Made by a program: the position numbers and the translations under genes. Positions 36,309 to 38,215 of a stretch of DNA of 38,215 nucleotides are shown piece by piece. A model generated the notes under the pieces. That model was not told the origin of the DNA, did no database searches, and worked only from the letters and a program-made list of their open reading frames with translations. Position 1 is the first letter of the stretch. Each line of letters opens with the position of its first letter. Source of the stretch: a virus (Duplodnaviria; Heunggongvirae; Uroviricota; Caudoviricetes). The stretch spans positions 1-38,215 of the IMG/VR virus record IMGVR_UViG_2671180710_000023. One strand, 5' to 3'.

Positions 36309-36479
36309 TGTTTATTTTTTCCCTGGAGCAGGAGCTGCCGGCATAGTGGTTTTATTGGCAGAGGAAGACGATTCTCCTTTTCTACCGGAATCGCGCTCGA
36401 ACGTCACAATGTGCTTGCTTTTGGGCTTTTCTGAGTAATCCAGGCTGTCATGCTTATTGTTTTGAGTAGTCATTGGAAT

Positions 36480-36669
36480 CATCCTTTTTGTTACGGGTCA
36501 TGTTTCAGCAAACTCGATTCTAAGTTGCCAGGAAGGATGATTTCAATGCCCGACTTATCTATCGTATAGCGGAAAAGAATTTCAGTTCTGTTCACCAGAA
36601 CCCATGTTAACCCACTCCAATTCGTTATTTATCTCACGGATCCCCCTTCATTTATCTCATGTCTGATCA
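36480..36669. repeat. Right-end terminal region with repeated TTTCA-containing motifs (putative transposase-binding sites) ending ...TGATCA
   Basis: Recurrent CATGTTTCAG / GATTTCAATG / AATTTCAGTT / TTATTTATCTCA / TCATTTATCTCA motifs in the last ~190 bp before the host junction; Mu R-end sites contain TTTCA cores. Confidence 0.45.
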
Positions 36670-38215
36670 GATGACGCCGCAGAATGCGCGTATCTGGTAT
36701 ATCAGCCCGAAAGAGCCGCACAATAAAACGGCTTATTTTGTCGATGCGCCGTATCAGGTCGATAAAATCAGCGCACAAACTTTCGCCGACTGGCAGAAAA
36801 AAGCCGCCGACATTGCGCTCTCTTTGCCAGAGCTTAACCCCTATATTCCTGACGATTTCTCGCTGATTAAGTCAGAGAAGAAATATGACCATCCAGAGCT
36901 GATTGTTGATGAGTCGAATCTGCGTGTGGTGTATGCGCCAAGCCGTTATTTTTCCAGCGAACCCAAAGCTGATGTCAGCCTGATTTTGCGTAATCCGAAA
37001 GCCATGGACAGCGCCCGCAATCAGGTGATGTTTGCGCTCAATGATTATCTCGCAGGGCTGGCGCTTGATCAGTTAAGCAACCAGGCGTCGGTTGGTGGCA
37101 TAAGTTTTTCCACCAACGCTAACAACGGCCTTATGGTTAATGCTAATGGTTACACCCAGCGTCTGCCGCAGCTGTTCCAGGCATTGCTGGAGGGCTACTT
37201 TAGCTATACCGCCACGGAAGATCAGCTTGAGCAGGCAAAGTCCTGGTATAACCAGATGATGGATTCCGCAGAAAAGGGCAAAGCGTTCGAGCAGGCGATT
37301 ATGCCCGCGCAGATGCTCTCGCAAGTGCCGTACTTCTCGCGAGATGAACGGCGCAAAATTTTGCCCTCCATTACGTTGAAAGAGGTGCTGGCCTATCGCG
37401 ACGCCTTAAAATCAGGGGCTCGACCAGAGTTTATGGTTATTGGCAACATGACCGAAGCCCAGGCAACAACGCTGGCACGCGATGTGCAAAAACAGTTGGG
37501 CGCTGATGGTTCAGAGTGGTGTCGTAACAAAGATGTCGTGGTCGATAAAAAACAATCCGTCATCTTTGAAAAAGCCGGTAACAGCACCGACTCCGCACTG
37601 GCAGCGGTATTTGTACCGACTGGCTACGATGAATACACCAGCTCAGCCTATAGCTCACTGTTGGGGCAGATCGTACAGCCGTGGTTCTACAATCAGTTGC
37701 GTACCGAAGAACAGTTGGGCTATGCCGTGTTTGCATTCCCAATGAGCGTGGGGCGTCAGTGGGGCATGGGCTTCCTTTTGCAAAGCAATGATAAACAGCC
37801 TTCATTCTTGTGGGAGCGTTACAAGGCGTTTTTCCCAACCGCAGAGGCAAAATTGCGGGCGATGAAGCCAGAAGAGTTTGCGCAAATCCAGCAGGCGGTA
37901 ATTACCCAGATGCTGCAGGCACCGCAAACGCTCGGCGAAGAAGCATCGAAGTTAAGTAAAGATTTCGATCGCGGCAATATGCGCTTCGATTCGCGTGATA
38001 AAATCGTGGCCCAGATTAAACTGCTGACGCCGCAAAAACTGGCCGATTTCTTCCATCAGGCGGTAGTCGAGCCGCAAGGCATGGCTATCCTGTCGCAGAT
38101 TTCCGGCAGCCAGAATGGGAAAGCCGAATATGTACACCCTGAAGGCTGGAAAGTGTGGGAGAACGTCAGCGCGTTGCAGCAAACAATGCCCCTGATGAGT
38201 GAAAAGAATGAGTGA
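36659..38215 (+). CDS. ptrA: Host protease III (pitrilysin) gene, 3-prime portion truncated by prophage insertion; first ~3 codons of the ORF are phage-end sequence
   Basis: Translation from TPQNARIWYISPKEPHNKTAYFVDAPYQ... to ...QTMPLMSEKNE matches my recollection of the C-terminal half of E. coli PtrA (M16 family); homology begins abruptly at about 36670. Confidence 0.7.
   Translation: MSDQMTPQNARIWYISPKEPHNKTAYFVDAPYQVDKISAQTFADWQKKAADIALSLPELNPYIPDDFSLIKSEKKYDHPELIVDESNLRVVYAPSRYFSSEPKADVSLILRNPKAMDSARNQVMFALNDYLAGLALDQLSNQASVGGISFSTNANNGLMVNANGYTQRLPQLFQALLEGYFSYTATEDQLEQAKSWYNQMMDSAEKGKAFEQAIMPAQMLSQVPYFSRDERRKILPSITLKEVLAYRDALKSGARPEFMVIGNMTEAQATTLARDVQKQLGADGSEWCRNKDVVVDKKQSVIFEKAGNSTDSALAAVFVPTGYDEYTSSAYSSLLGQIVQPWFYNQLRTEEQLGYAVFAFPMSVGRQWGMGFLLQSNDKQPSFLWERYKAFFPTAEAKLRAMKPEEFAQIQQAVITQMLQAPQTLGEEASKLSKDFDRGNMRFDSRDKIVAQIKLLTPQKLADFFHQAVVEPQGMAILSQISGSQNGKAEYVHPEGWKVWENVSALQQTMPLMSEKNE

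Larger units (their letters stand above)
1..36669. mobile_element. Mu-like transposable prophage (right end in window, inserted in host ptrA; left end beyond window start)
   Basis: Contiguous Mu-type modules: DDE transposase A + AAA+ B, Gam, GemA-like, Mor, Mu-type head genes (portal DUF935-like, F, G, I, T), contractile tail genes, invertible-type tail fibre locus. Element ends in ...TGATCA directly abutting ptrA coding sequence; TTTCA-containing repeats in last ~190 bp. Confidence 0.85.

Noticed and set aside
36312-36473. 53-aa minus-strand ORF (MTTQNNKHDSLDYSEKPKSKHIVTFERDSGRKGESSSSANKTTMPAAPAPGKK) between the 3-TM gene and the prophage end
   Set aside because: Only an ORF with an RBS-like AGGA; low-complexity hydrophilic sequence with no motif; could be real (Mu has com/mom at this end) but the sequence alone does not support calling it.
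1-38215. Search for integrase, tRNA, rRNA or att core
   Set aside because: No tyrosine or serine integrase-like ORF and no tRNA-like structure recognised; the element has a DDE transposase and AAA+ B protein instead.

Overview
Almost the whole window (about 1 to 36669) is one Mu-like transposable prophage; its right end is inserted into the host ptrA (protease III) gene, whose 3-prime portion fills 36670-38215. The left end lies outside the window. From left to right: (i) a tail-fibre tip switching locus with four tandem promoterless C-terminal cassettes, each preceded by a hix/gix-like 26-bp site, plus a Tfa chaperone gene; (ii) a minus-strand late operon (tail fibre, baseplate, tape measure, tube, sheath, head, portal, terminase, spanins, endolysin, holin-like); (iii) an accessory island (24.6-27.2 kb) holding a small P-loop protein and an XRE-type repressor translationally coupled to two membrane-protein genes; (iv) a plus-strand early operon (Ner-like, wHTH protein, 304-aa unknown, DDE transposase A, AAA+ B, Gam, small early genes, GemA-like, Mor); (v) a terminator-insulated 3-TM membrane protein gene just inside the right end. 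No rRNA, tRNA or CRISPR was seen. The two leads I rate highest are the repressor-coupled membrane-protein operon (candidate lysogen-expressed exclusion/abortive-infection module) and the multi-cassette tail-fibre inversion locus. All functional calls rest on remembered family motifs and gene order, not on database searches; self-derived coordinates may be off by a few nt.
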